A stretch of DNA of 33,000 nt from Dicyema japonicum (GCA_011109175.1 RDEW01000040.1:279001-312000), one strand, 5' to 3'; shown: positions 1 to 11,410, numbered from the stretch's first letter. The notes: a model not told the origin generated them from the letters alone. Numbers and translations are program-made.

Positions 1-118
1 GGGTAAAAAGCATGATTATAAAATTTTAAATGTTACAAAAATTAAATTATTAATGATAAAAAAACTTTAAATTTAAAAATAACATAAAATTACTTTTAAC
101 TTCAATCACAAATTTGTT

Positions 119-1845
119 ATGCTTCTTGTGGAGGAGTTGATTTGCCAATTCACTCAAAGATATTATGGAAATGATGCAAGAAGTGTGTTAGAAACTATTC
201 TGACCAGGCAGAACATACGTAAAGCAGAATTAATTCGAAAATTAAAGAAGTTTTCACAGGATCATATAAATTTGATCATTTGTATTCTCTTACAATACAA
301 GCTGGTTTACATTTCGGAAGATGAGACATTCTTCGTCCCTCTGACTTCCTTATTATTCCGGGATTTGTCTCAAAGGGCATGGACTCAGATGATTCTGATA
401 GATTCCAGTTTCACCAAGCTAGAAATACGGACTTCTATGGCATCCGTTTTACTTGCTAATGGACCGATGAGTCCCGTCGAGATTTTGGAGAAAACCTTTA
501 AATTTGTTAAGGACCAAGCAAAGAAGTCTTTTATTTGCGACCAGCTTACATATCTTGCTAAAACTGGACTCGTTGGATGTCAAGGAAAGTCAGATTTCGA
601 CCAATTTCAGCTGCGAGCTGCATTTTTCAACAAAAGACAGAAAAATCCTTCATTTTTTGGATCCTTGTATGAAAGCAATCTAAGGGAACTGCAGTGTGCA
701 ATCAACCTGTTCATGCGTGACTCCCACGGAGAATTGAAACCCGACATAGACCACTCCGACGTTGAAAAGGTCTCTATTGTTTGCTTATATTAGAAATCAC
801 TCGACTCGCTATGGACTGTCAACTCCCAGTTTGTAAACACGTTGGTCTGTCTCGATTCTATCCACAAATATATCTCTTACGAAATCTCTTCGGTATTAGT
901 ACGATTAAGTCTAGACTTCCGCTGACGCTATGAAGTGCCTGATCTTGGCTTCTTTATGCCAGTCGAATGACTCCTTGTTTGACTACAAAATGAAAAAAGT
1001 GGGGATGACTCAGATCCTGAGGATTTCGAACGATATTTACGGTCTCAACTATTTTCCCAATAAGAACGCCTTGCAGAGAGCCTTTGACGGACTCACTCAG
1101 ATACCCGTATTATGTTGTTTTATATTAAAGTACAAATATGTTGTGGCTGACTATGTGAATGATGTTTACATTCCTGGTTTGTTGTTGGCTGTATTTGTAG
1201 AGATTGAGAGACTGCTGACAGATATGACCCAAAATATTTGTTCGAGTCTAGTGGGGATGAGAATCTCTAGGCAAGCAAAGGATTTCTTTGATGCTCTAAG
1301 TCGATGCCCATGTAAGCTCTATTCTCAGCAGTTGTTGGAGGAAATACTAAATCTTGATGATAATAAAATTACTAGAGAACTGATGTTCTTGTTCAGAGAA
1401 GGACTCATCACCCTCAGAGTTAGGATTTTGTAACATTTGCAGAAAGACCCTTCAGAATCCCCATTGGATGCTGGGAATTGTCTTTTTATGGTGAATTTAG
1501 AGTGTAGCACACGTGGCTGTATTCAGATATTGCTGGATTATCTAAAATTCCTTCTAAGCGAGAGAAAACGATTTATTGATAGCGTCAAGATTTCGAAGGA
1601 TAAATATGATCTTGTTGTATCTCTGCAAACTCAGATGATCGTGGAAAACCCCTCTGAGGATCAATTTTTGGACTACATGCCTCCAGAGGACATGGACAGA
1701 CTGGAAAGGGGGAGAGAAATACTAAACAAGTTCTGATTTTATGTAGTTCAGAATGACTTGTATGGAATTATCATTGGTCGCCAATTTTGTCGATATTGGG
1801 GGAGTATTTGGAAATGTGTGCTTTGAGGAGGTACTATTCCTGTGA
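119..1845 (+). CDS. POLR3C: RNA polymerase III subunit RPC3 (C62/C82), about 528 aa, 7 exons with six 22-24 nt introns
   Basis: Removing GT-AG introns 770-793, 893-914, 1107-1130, 1177-1200, 1419-1442 and 1730-1751 gives one open frame from ATG119 to TGA1845. Segments match RPC3 as I recall it: N-terminal winged helix (EELICQFTQRYYG...ICILLQYKLV; VLLANGPM), SLWTVN (human YWQAN), FREGLITLR, FMVNL...ERK, C-terminal PPEDMDRLE...NK. Two introns are stop-free and in frame, so they rest on alignment only. The last exon is less certain. Confidence 0.85.
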
Positions 1846-2059
1846 TAATGTTGTCGAACAGCTTAATAAGATTACTGTTGATATTTTTTTTATTTTTTGT
1901 TTTTTAGCATTATTTATTCAAAAAACATCAAAGTAGTAATAATGGCAGCCAAGATATTTTAAATGTTACCCTTCGATATCATCCCCCATTCAATCTTAAA
2001 ATTGTGATCAGTTTGTCGATCGCTTAATGCAATCGACCGGATTAATCTAACATCAATAG

Positions 2060-2150
2060 TAGAGAAGGACTGGTATGGACATAGGGATCACTTAATTAGA
2101 CGATAACTCTTGTCCTCTTTTTCGTGATTCTGGGTTGAATTAAATTAAAA
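2060..2150 (+). mobile_element. 3'-terminal stub of an I/Jockey-type LINE (GIT-stop plus hairpin plus TAA-like tail)
   Basis: ggg atc act taa (GIT*), GGATCAC 2085-2091 pairing with GTGATTC 2124-2130, then tgggttgaattaaattaaa. Same layout as the 3' end of the LINE at 20823-22610. Confidence 0.55.
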
Positions 2151-2344
2151 TCAATAGTAGTCCCGAAAAACAAGTTAAGAAGGAAATCAAGTCTAAAACT
2201 AATTTTGATGAAACTGTTTGAATAACATTAAGGATTAAATTAGTATATCATTCAATATATCAAGTTTTTGGACACTTCCAACGCAGCAAGACTCAGGAAT
2301 CGAGCCTAAGCAGTACTTCGGTGTAAACAGTTTGTCTACAGAAG

Positions 2345-2730
2345 CTGGGTAAACAGGAAGATTCTAAAACATTTCAAGAGAGAGTGAACCGAAAACTGAT
2401 GTAAGGGGACGTTCGTGCAGCTGTAAGAGTATTGTCTTGTGACAAATCACTTAGTGATGATTGCCGTGAGAAGTCTTGGAGTTTATCATCTTTGGATTCA
2501 CATGTGTCTTTCTTCTTGCTCACGAAATGTATTTCCATGTCGAAAATTATGTACATTTTTAGATGTTCACAATGTTTTGAACACGTGAGAGCACTATTGT
2601 CGGCTGATGGGACTCTGAGACGATCTGCGGAGTCAATACTGAATGTCAAATTCGATGATCTGGGCTGGACAATGTGAAAACTATTTGCGAGAAATGGGGG
2701 CATTGGGTTAAGATTCTTCCTTGAGGCCAC
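2345..2730 (+). mobile_element. Internally deleted relic of a CRE-clade non-LTR retrotransposon
   Basis: RKLM*GDVRAAVRVL matches RKLSEGGVRAAVRTL (about 5170). RRSAESILNVKFDDLGW..NGGIG matches RSTTERITNVEFDEQGW..FGGLG (about 6470) of the element at 4474-7498. Confidence 0.65.
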
Positions 2731-2734
2731 CCTG

Positions 2735-3470
2735 CCTGATTACTTTTTATCCCTTGCGAACTGCAGTCGCTTGGTCCAAGAAAGTCCTACGTAACGCAAC
2801 CGGACATACCTTGGACTCGGAGCTTGATAGAGTTTGCAAGTTATGGGGAGAGTTGGACTTGGAATTCCCGTCGAACTTTGCTTGCCAGATATGTCTGTTA
2901 TCAAGATATCATTTGCATATATTAGTAATTTTGAATTCGGATCCGATGGGATTGGGAAGTCGGAAATGAATATGTTAAATAGTAATGGGCTTAGGACAGA
3001 CCCCTGCGGAACGCCTCTCGTGATTGAAATATTTTTGGATACGTGTCCTCCGATGCGCACATGAGAAATCAAGATTTTCGTGGTCTGACGCCCCATTATT
3101 CTGTGAGGAGGAAACCGCTCTCTTTCTATATGCCGACACAGCCTCTTGAAGATAATTCGCTCAATAATTTTAGATAACAAGCATATAAGGCTGATCGGCC
3201 TCGACTTTACTGGTTTGAGAATCATTCTGACTGTAGAGTTCTTCCACCATATTGGGTTAATCTGAGTCGTTCTGTGAACACCACGTGGTCCATCCGAGCA
3301 ACACATCGTCTTAACTTCGTTCTCAACCGATTTCTTTCTTTGATCAGTTTCAAGGTTATAGGCAAAATGTCATTTCTCTTCTTACCGTTTCCATTGGAGA
3401 ATACCTTCTTAAACCATAATCGTATGTCACTATGAGGTTTTTTAAGATCCCGGTTCATATTTTCAATTTA
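2735..3470 (-). pseudogene. Deleted RT fragment of a Jockey/I-type LINE, same family as 27960-31400
   Basis: VRMILKP, RPISLICLLSKIIE, GVPQGSVLSPLLFNI, LLIYAND (YADD variant); NRLRTKLRRCV matches NHLRTKLRRCV at 29746. Confidence 0.85.
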
Positions 3471-3579
3471 CATTTGTTACATGGGTTCCTTCGTCCATCT
3501 TGAAGGTTCCTTGTGAGATAATCCCGATAGTTCTCCTAGTCGACTTCTGATATATCATATTTTATAAAGATATCTTCGA

Positions 3580-3825
3580 TGACATCTAGCACAAGACCAC
3601 TTCTTGTGTTAGAAAGCGAGCCATATTTTCATGTTGTTCGCAATGTTAGTCATAAATTTTCCTAGTGAGCAGTTTCCTCGGTATCGAATCAAAAGCCTTC
3701 TGTATGTCAATGGAACAATAACGGTCTTTTGATGCAAAGGTTTACGTTAAAGTCAAGTAAGTAAGATAAGTAGTTGTGGAACAAGCCTTCTTAAATCCAT
3801 GTTGGAAAGATACGCCTGGGAGACC
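3580..3825 (-). mobile_element. RT fragment of an I-type LINE related to 20823-22610
   Basis: Minus-strand translation across frames gives FQHGFKKACSTTTYLTYLT and DIQKAFDSIPRKLLTRKIYD, versus QHGFRDNHSTTTHLTTLT and DITKAFDSVPRKLLTKKIYE. Confidence 0.7.
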
Positions 3826-3856
3826 AGAAATATAATAATTTTTATTAGAAAACTAA

Positions 3857-4473
3857 TTAAGAGTAAACAAAGCTAAACATCTTTTGGCTCCAGGATTGGT
3901 CATTTCCCAAGATCTTTTTCTTCATCACTCGTCTCTGCCCATTGTTCGACTTTTCAAGCACGTTATCAGTCTCAGTGGGGATCATTTCATTGTCCTCCTG
4001 TTCCTCGATTTTATCAGAAATATTGTGAGGATATGTATTCTTATCCAAAGCTTCGTCATTCAATTTCCATTTCTTCGTCTCATGATCAGGAAAAAATAAA
4101 TCATCTGGGAAATTTTCGTTATCTTGAGTTTTAATTCCATGTTTATAGTCAACACACATACTTAAAGAGTTTTCTTTAGTGTAATGGTCTGTATATATGC
4201 TCTGACCAGGTATTCAATTTTAAGGGAATTAAAATAATGTTTGTAATATTTGGTGACGATTCCATCCTAGGTGAAAACAACGGGGATAATAGTGACTTTT
4301 GCTTCGTGCAATAAAGCAAGTTCGCTTGCTAAAAGATCGTACTTGTGGAATTTTTCAATTTCGACATTCTTCAAATTTTTCTGTGTAGTGATTCCAACTT
4401 CAATTAGTGTTATCTTTCTCCTTAATTTGTCCATTACGAAAATGACTGGTTTATTGTTCATAATCTTTGTATC
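3857..4473 (-). mobile_element. 3' part (restriction-like endonuclease domain and tail) of an R4/Dong-clade non-LTR element, split by the CRE insertion
   Basis: NNKPVIFVMDK...LIEVGIT...EKFHKYDLLA...IIPVVFT*DGIVTK is a PD-(D/E)xK RLE pattern. It joins in frame to EIRVDSTITTDTKI at 7499-7540 once the insert is removed. Confidence 0.8.
4462..4473 (+). repeat. Left copy of 12-bp target-site duplication AATCTTTGTATC (right copy 7499-7510)
   Basis: Exact direct repeat flanking a 3025-bp insert that ends in an A tract. Removing insert plus one copy restores the host reading frame TDTKI-MNNKP. Confidence 0.9.
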
Positions 4474-7400
4474 TTTTCAAACACATTATCAGTCTCAGTG
4501 GGGAGCTCCTCGAAAGACTTTTTTAAAAAAAAATCTGTTTGTGGTGGTGTGGTGTAATTGAGAAAAAAGTAACCAGAAGCGATATGCACAAGATCGACAA
4601 AAGAGAAGAGCTTTGTGAATTTTGCAATAAAATTAACAAAAGAAAGCGGCTGATATGTTGTGTCGTTTGTTCGTCGTTTTTCACATGTCATGTGTTGGAA
4701 TGACCAAAAAAGCCCTTACCACCATTACCAACTGGTGTTGCCAGGCATGCCTCCTTCCTGGGACGAAAGCACCATCGACTCCACCTAATTCACCTGAACG
4801 AATATCAATAGATTACCAGAAAACCCTTGAATCAATTGCCAACCTGGCATCTACACGAAGGATCATGATCAAAATTCCAAAAGCTGCCCGTGTTCCTGCC
4901 GCCGACTGTTTACACGATTGTATTGAAAGGGCAATTTCTTCGACTGACCCAGTGGATTGGACACGATTATTCTACTTTGCACCATACACGCTATGTATGC
5001 CCTGTCAGAAGAGGAAAGATCAGGAATCGCTCACGTCTATTGTAAAGGAAAATATTTGCTTGTTTTCTTCTGGAAATTTGTTCAGTGACTCCCGAGAATA
5101 TACCTTCAAGCCCTCAAACCACGAGAACCATGCCTCAGAAACACAAAGATTGGGAAGAGCGATACATCGCAAACTATCTGAAGGTGGAGTCCGGGCCGCC
5201 GTGAGGACTCTAGAAGAGCATAACCGTCTAATTGAGCCAACTGAACACTCCTACGATGCACTGGTTGAACGACATCCTGGTCCGCCAGTGGACGAACAGA
5301 TCCCTACTTGCTCTGGAGAATTACCTAGTCTGATTATTTCTGAGGGGGACGTGAAAGATGCGATCCTCTCATTCGCCCCAAGCAGCAGTGGGGACTTGAC
5401 GGACTCCGTCCAGGACACCTAAAAGACTTAATTGATCAGAATACGGGGAACTCTGGTGTTCGGCTATTATCGGCTATAACGAGGTTAATCAACAGAATGC
5501 TTTCCGGAAGATTACCAGAAGCAATCCGTCATATTATGTTTTCCGCCAAGTTAATTGCCTTTGATAAATGTGGAGGAGGAATTCGTCCTATTGCTGTTGG
5601 GTTTGTTTTTCGTCGACTGGCTTCTAAACTTGCTAGCAGAGCAATCCTTCCGATGCTTGTCAAACAACTGCGACCAACCCAAGTAGGGGTCGGTACTCCT
5701 GGTGGATGTGAGGCGGCGGTTCATGCCGTTCGGATGTTTACTGGAAACAGAACGAACATGCCTTGTGTGGTCCTCAAGATTGACATAAAAAACGCCTTCA
5801 ATACCATACGGCGCGATGTAATTTTGGAAGATTGTCTTACCCATTACCCGTCTATATATAATTATGTTCATTGTTCGTATGGAAAACCGTCCAGTCTTGT
5901 ACATGGGAAATACTTCATTCCCTCGTCGTGTGGGGTTCAGCAAGGAGACCCACTAGGACCGGCATTGTTCTGCCTCGGTGTCGACCGTGTCATGAGATGC
6001 CTTACTACTCCGCTGAACGTGTGGTATTTGGATGATTGCACCCTGGGAGGTCATCCTAACAATGTATATGACTGTCTACAGAGATTACTAACCAATTGGA
6101 TACGCTTGGTTTAAAGCTAAACGCATCCAAATGCGAAATTGTTAATTATGGATTCTCCCGATATGAATGGAATCGGATCCTATTAATGTTTCGGGGGATT
6201 ATTCCTAAAATATCGGAAATCGAGCCGGATCATTTGGAAATACTTGGATGCCCTCTGGCTGAAACTGGAATTAACGACACTCTGTTGGCTAAAGAACAGC
6301 AACTAAGAAAAACTTTTTTACGCCTTGGGATGCTGGATGCACATACCTCTCTTTTTCTCATGAAAAACGCTTTATCCACGCAGAAATTAAATTACGTCCT
6401 TCGAGGAGCTCCATGTTACCTGAAAATGCAACAACTCGGGGCGATTGACTCCCTATTCCGGTCTACGACCGAACGTATTACTAATGTCGAATTCGACGAA
6501 CAAGGATGGGAACAAGCAACCTTGCCCGTTCGCTTTGGTGGACTCGGAATTCTCTCACCATCTGATTTAGCACACCCGGCATATCAATCCTCATTGGACT
6601 CCAATCAGAATTTGATCATGATGATTCTCCAGCTCCCATCAGAGTCGTCAAAGATCGAAGATTTGGTACACCCTAAAGTCAAACAACTCGGGCAGAGAGA
6701 CCTTTATGAGTCTGTTTGCGAGGATAAATACGAGAGGCTTTTGAAAATATCTAACCAACACCGACGAGCCTGTCTTTTAACTGCAAGATGCGAGTGGAGC
6801 GGGGCTTGGATCAATGCCCTACCCATTGGAAACGTGGGAACTCACCTAGACGATGAAACGGTCCGCACCGGAGTCTCCATCAGACTTGGATTGAAAGTTT
6901 GTCAACCCCATGAGTGCCGATGCGGCCGGAAGGTCGACTGCTATGGACATCATGCCCTTTCTTGTCGAAAAAGCGCAGGTCGATTCGCTAGACACAAGGC
7001 TATAAATGAAGTGGTGAAGCGCGCCCTCGAGTTGGCGTGATACCCATCCATTCTAGAGCCAACGGGCTTGAGTAGGGATGATGGGAAGCGACCCGATGGA
7101 ATTACTGTCTTCCCCTTCTCTCGGGGCAAATCCTTAATTTGGGATGCTGCCTGTACTGACAGCTTTTCCCAGTCTAAACTTTTGAGGTCGGCAATGAAAG
7201 CGGGAGAGGCCGCCCGTTTATATGAAAACTCAAAAATAAAGAAATACAGCAGCCTCCTAAACCGTTTCCATGTACAGCCAGTGGTCGTCGAGACGAGCGG
7301 AGTCTTTGGCCCCAAGACGGTCTCTTTCCTTAGAGCACTTGGGTGTCTATTGACCAAAGGCTCGAGGGAGCGTCGGGAAACCGAGTGGCTTTTCCAAAGG

Positions 7401-7498
7401 ATATCCCTGGCAGTAGTCAGAAGTAACAGCCACTCGATCATATCCGCTGGACTTTAGAACGATTTTACTTTATAAATTACGTACTTTTTCTAAAAAAA
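4474..7498 (+). mobile_element. Near full-length CRE-clade non-LTR retrotransposon; single ORF (about 958 aa when repaired) with PHD finger, RT, CCHC and RLE
   Basis: ATG4584 to TAG7457. RT motifs RPIAVG, KIDIKNAFN, GVQQGDPLGPALFC, WYLDD. C-x-C...HALSC...RH, KRPDG...WDAAC, VVETSG. Three -1 frameshifts (about 4680, 5392, 6093) and one TGA at 7038-7040. A tail and TSD present. Confidence 0.9.
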
Positions 7499-10240
7499 AA
7501 TCTTTGTATCAGTAGTTATAGTTGAGTCAACTCTGATCTCAACAGCTTCATTAGCCACTACAGATTGGACCGAATGATTCTTCAATTTCTTCGACTGGTT
7601 GATTCCGAATTGGCAACACAGATTGCAGATGAATACATTTCATTACTTCATTGTGTCTCTTCAAATAATCACTGTTAAGCATTCGTCCGCATCTGGTTGT
7701 CAGATAATCGATTGCTTTCTTTGCAGAGTGGCAGTGACTGCAACTTGCTCCACCAGTTTCAAAAAACAAATTACGGTCTTGAACCAAACACAATGTTCCC
7801 TCTGAGTGTGGAGAATTGTTCCCGTGCATTAACCACGTGGAGGATTCACTAATGTCCGTATCTGTTTCTTGGAAGCATTAAAAGGAGTTGAATGCAAAGA
7901 CTTCCTTTTTATTTGTTCCATTAGGTATTCATTTTGTAATCCTTGTATAATTTTAACATTTAGGCTCTCTGGTTGTTCAATGCTATATATCCGAGTTAGG
8001 AATTCTACGATTGTGTCCATATGTGTTTTTTTTGATTTAATGACCCGTAGAATTCCTGCTCTTCTTGTGCACCAATAGATTTTTTCTCTAGGTCCCTGAG
8101 AAATTGAAAAAGCATACGTTCGCTCTTATGGGTTATAGAGACCAATCCTTTTCCTAGTCTGTTCCTTGGCATATAAAGTCTTTTTTTATTAGAAGGTTTC
8201 AGATGAATTCAATGACTTGTAAGTATCCCGCGTATTTTTTTATCAATGTTCTCGAATTCGTTTGGATCGATATCGACAAGTCCGATGTAGTAATTATATA
8301 GTGACAGTGCATGTTCGTTGATGGCCTTGAACATGCTAGCAGAGTTAAGTTTCGTATCTGCTAAATTATTTATTCTCTTGTTCATCGTATCAAAAATTGC
8401 CTTCAATGCATCATTCTTCAAAACAATGCTTGACTTATCTTCAAGCACTCTCAGGTAGCGGTGACCATCAATCTATCAAATAACTTTGCCTCCTCAGATA
8501 AGCTTCGTACATTTGTTGTTGACTTATCAAATTTCTTCTCAAGTCCAGCAGCTTCAGAGAAATCATTAACTTGATTCATCAATCTTACAATGTATCCTCT
8601 TTATGGGAAAATATTTTTAAATCCTCCATAAACAATAGATGATTTGCTGCGTATGTTAGTGACATCCAATCTGGATTGTTAATTATCACTCTCGGAAATT
8701 TTTCATTTAATAATTTGCTTAACACATCCATCACAAGGACAAAGATCTGAGGGACAGGAGTCGCCCTGTAGGATCCCCCTTTTCATTCACTACTCAATCA
8801 TTTTCTGACTAAATGTCAATTTAATCTTCCATTTAGTTACCAAGTTTTTAATAAAATTAACGATCCAAACAGGCAATCCAGATGTCTCTAGTACTTTATT
8901 CAGGAAATCATGATCCACGGAATCAAAAGCCTTTTTAACGTCTATCCAGGCAGTAGCCAAATTATTCCCGTTCTCCTGATTGATACACTGATTTATTACT
9001 GCTTGCTCTTTGGCCCCTTGACAGAATCTACGAGTTCCCAGTTGGTTGTCACTAATCAGTATGCTTCAATGTAGTCTGATAGTTTCCTATTCACACATTT
9101 CGTTGTCAGCTTGTACATATTTGGCATACAGGTAATAGGTCTCAAGTCTTTTGGAGACTCACAATTAACTTTTTTCGGGATCAAATATGTTATTCCCGTG
9201 TAAAATAACTTTTGAGGTGAGTATTCACCATGAATTATCTTGACGATTTCTTCACAAAGAGAGTCATGTATTGATGTAAATTTCTTAATAAAGAAATTGT
9301 ACAGTCCATCGCATCCAGCTGCTCTCCAGTTTGGGAAATTTTAATCATATCTTAGTGAAATTAGCATACATTTCTTCAGAGCCTGTAGAGTCCTTTTTTA
9401 ATTGCAAGACTTTTTCCTCAATGTCTTGTTTATTCCAGATGTTCTCCCAAAATGCGAGGCACTCATTTTCATTAAAGCCAAACTTGGCTTTTTCATGTTC
9501 TCATTCAGATTCCTGTAAAAATACCTCCATTAAGTTCAAAACACCAGTTCTGTCTTTTAAATTCGTTTCTTGACTGATGAATTTTTAGTTTCTTTTCTAA
9601 GACTTTGATTTCATCTTGGATACAAGATACAATTCTTCCAATTTCTCCCTTTGATTTTCGAAATCCACATCCACACAGAATTTCTCTGGTTTCTTCGTCA
9701 TAACTTTAGTTTGATTTCTGCTCTCCAATTGTTTGGATTTGTACCATTCTCTTCTTCAATACAATCAGTTTCAACTAAAAGTGGTGACTCCAATTACTCT
9801 TTTTTCTTGTAGATGTTGAGAGAGTTTCATAAGAACATTGGCCAGCATAAACGATATCAGTTATATCGTTTAAATTTACAGGAGGATTAGATTTCATACA
9901 TTCATAGATCGCTGAGTTAATTCCTCCTAAAAGATCCTTTTTAAAGAGCTGGTAAGGAATTTTCTTAGTTGGTTTCCGTAAATCACGAGGAATCAATTTA
10001 ATTTTCCCAATTTGTAGAGAAAATTCGTTATAGCATCTTGTAAAGTTGGAAATTTCGGTTGAAGGGTTTTGGGAAATTTTATCTGATAAAATATCTGCTC
10101 TTCTTTCTTCAAGTTTCAATTTGCATCACTGCGGAACTGGATTGTCTAGAAAGGACCCACACACAAGAAAAAGAAGTGAAGATCATTCCTTGGTTCTACG
10201 ATTAGTTAAAATTAACTGTTCTTTACTTAAATAAAGTGTG
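7499..10240 (-). mobile_element. 5' and RT part of the degenerate R4/Dong-clade element
   Basis: WRAAGCDGLYNF, LRPITCMPNMYK, WIDVKKAFDSVDH, GILQGDS, HLLFMEDLK (YMDD variant), CSHC...TRC...YLKRHNEV. Many stops and indels. 5' end approximate. Confidence 0.85.
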
Positions 10241-11240
10241 TGTCCTGCCTATGCGGAGCTATAAATACTATGCCTCTCGTGAAAAGGCTGTTAAAAACTG
10301 ATTTTTTGCATTAAAATTTATTATTAAAGGCTTTGGTAATAGTTGGCCATCCACCACGGCGAATTCTATCAAACCTTCTATGAGCAGCTTGGACTACTTC
10401 ATTAATCCACTCAACTTTATCTCCCTGCTTTACTTGGTCAGCAAATGCCAGGAGAGATAGTAGTGTGAAAGAGAGATCAGGTTGTGCATCCGGAGGAGAT
10501 TCATTAATAATTTCCTGGGTTTCATACATCCCGAGGACCACTTTCTCTACAATCTTATTGGGTTTTTATCATTAATTTTCGTAGAAAGGTCACTGGAAGT
10601 TGCTTCACAAACATTTGCTGAAACAAACATGCACCACACCACAAGATTTATTTTTAATTGGGAGACCAGATATTTATGATATATGCAAAAAATAATAATT
10701 AGGTGTATTTCATTTTTTTAATTTATATTTTTTAGTGAATCATGATTCAATTACCTAATTGTCGCCACATTCTATAAATTTTTTTTTGTATTATATTAAT
10801 AATAATTTTCACATTTAATTACCAATTTTTGTCCTCACTTTTACGTATCCGAAAAAAATTAATTTTTAATGTGTGCCGTGGAATATTTTTTTAATATTAG
10901 TGTGCCGCGAGAATTATTTTCTGAAAACCTCTACTCTAACAGCAACCTCAACTTGGCATGATGTTCCTCTGTTGATCCCACACAAGCACGTCTCGGCCGT
11001 ACAGCTAGATGCCCGTAGTCGCACGGGCCCACCCATCGGTTCATGCTGATTAGGAAATTCAGAATTCTTGGAGAGGAGACCTTTCCAGAAGTCCATCTTT
11101 CCTAACTTACATTTTTTGACTGGCTTCGATCTTGTCCAAAATACAAATAGGCCCCAGGAAGCAGACGAATTGGAAATGGTTCGATGTACTGTAGATAAAC
11201 TTCAGGATGGGATGTTTTCCGTCCCTCCATGATTTTGAAA

Positions 11241-11400
11241 TTATTATTATTACCTCCAGGATCACTGGGTCAAGAAGAAAGAAATAAACGTTCTCAACTA
11301 ACTAAGTGATCCCAGACCGACAAGGGAGAGGACGAGTCCGGCTGGGTCGGGAATTCTGTACAGCTCTTTTCATCCTTTGCTGAAAACTCCATCTTATCCT
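11241..11400 (-). mobile_element. Extremely 5'-truncated copy (about 150 bp) of the LINE at 20823-22610
   Basis: (TAA)n tail at 11241-11252. Terminal peptide MKRAVQNSRPSRTRPLPCRSGIT* versus MRRAVQDSRPRRTRPHLCRSGIT*. Near-identical 3' UTR. Confidence 0.85.
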
Positions 11401-11410
11401 GAAATGATAA

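Noticed and set aside
770-1751. Stop-codon reassignment or readthrough to explain in-frame TAA/TAG/TGA in host genes
   Set aside because: Nearly every internal stop falls inside, or is created by, a GT-AG micro-intron whose removal restores homology, and the predicted genes end in TGA, TAG and TAA. The two leftover PTCD3 cases are handled as separate findings.
3750-3772. (TAAG)n tract as a retroelement tail
   Set aside because: It is the reverse complement of coding sequence TTYLTYLT within an RT fragment.
10272-10288. HDV-like ribozyme near the 5' end of the R4-like element (GCCT-TTTCACGAG-AGGC hairpin on the minus strand)
   Set aside because: Only a P3/L3-like hairpin is visible. I could not find P1, P1.1 or P2 partners. 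An RNArobo or Infernal scan would settle it.
10871-10909. Two GTGTGCCG motifs as a hAT/Charlie element
   Set aside because: They resemble subterminal repeats, but no terminal inverted repeat, TSD or transposase could be attached.
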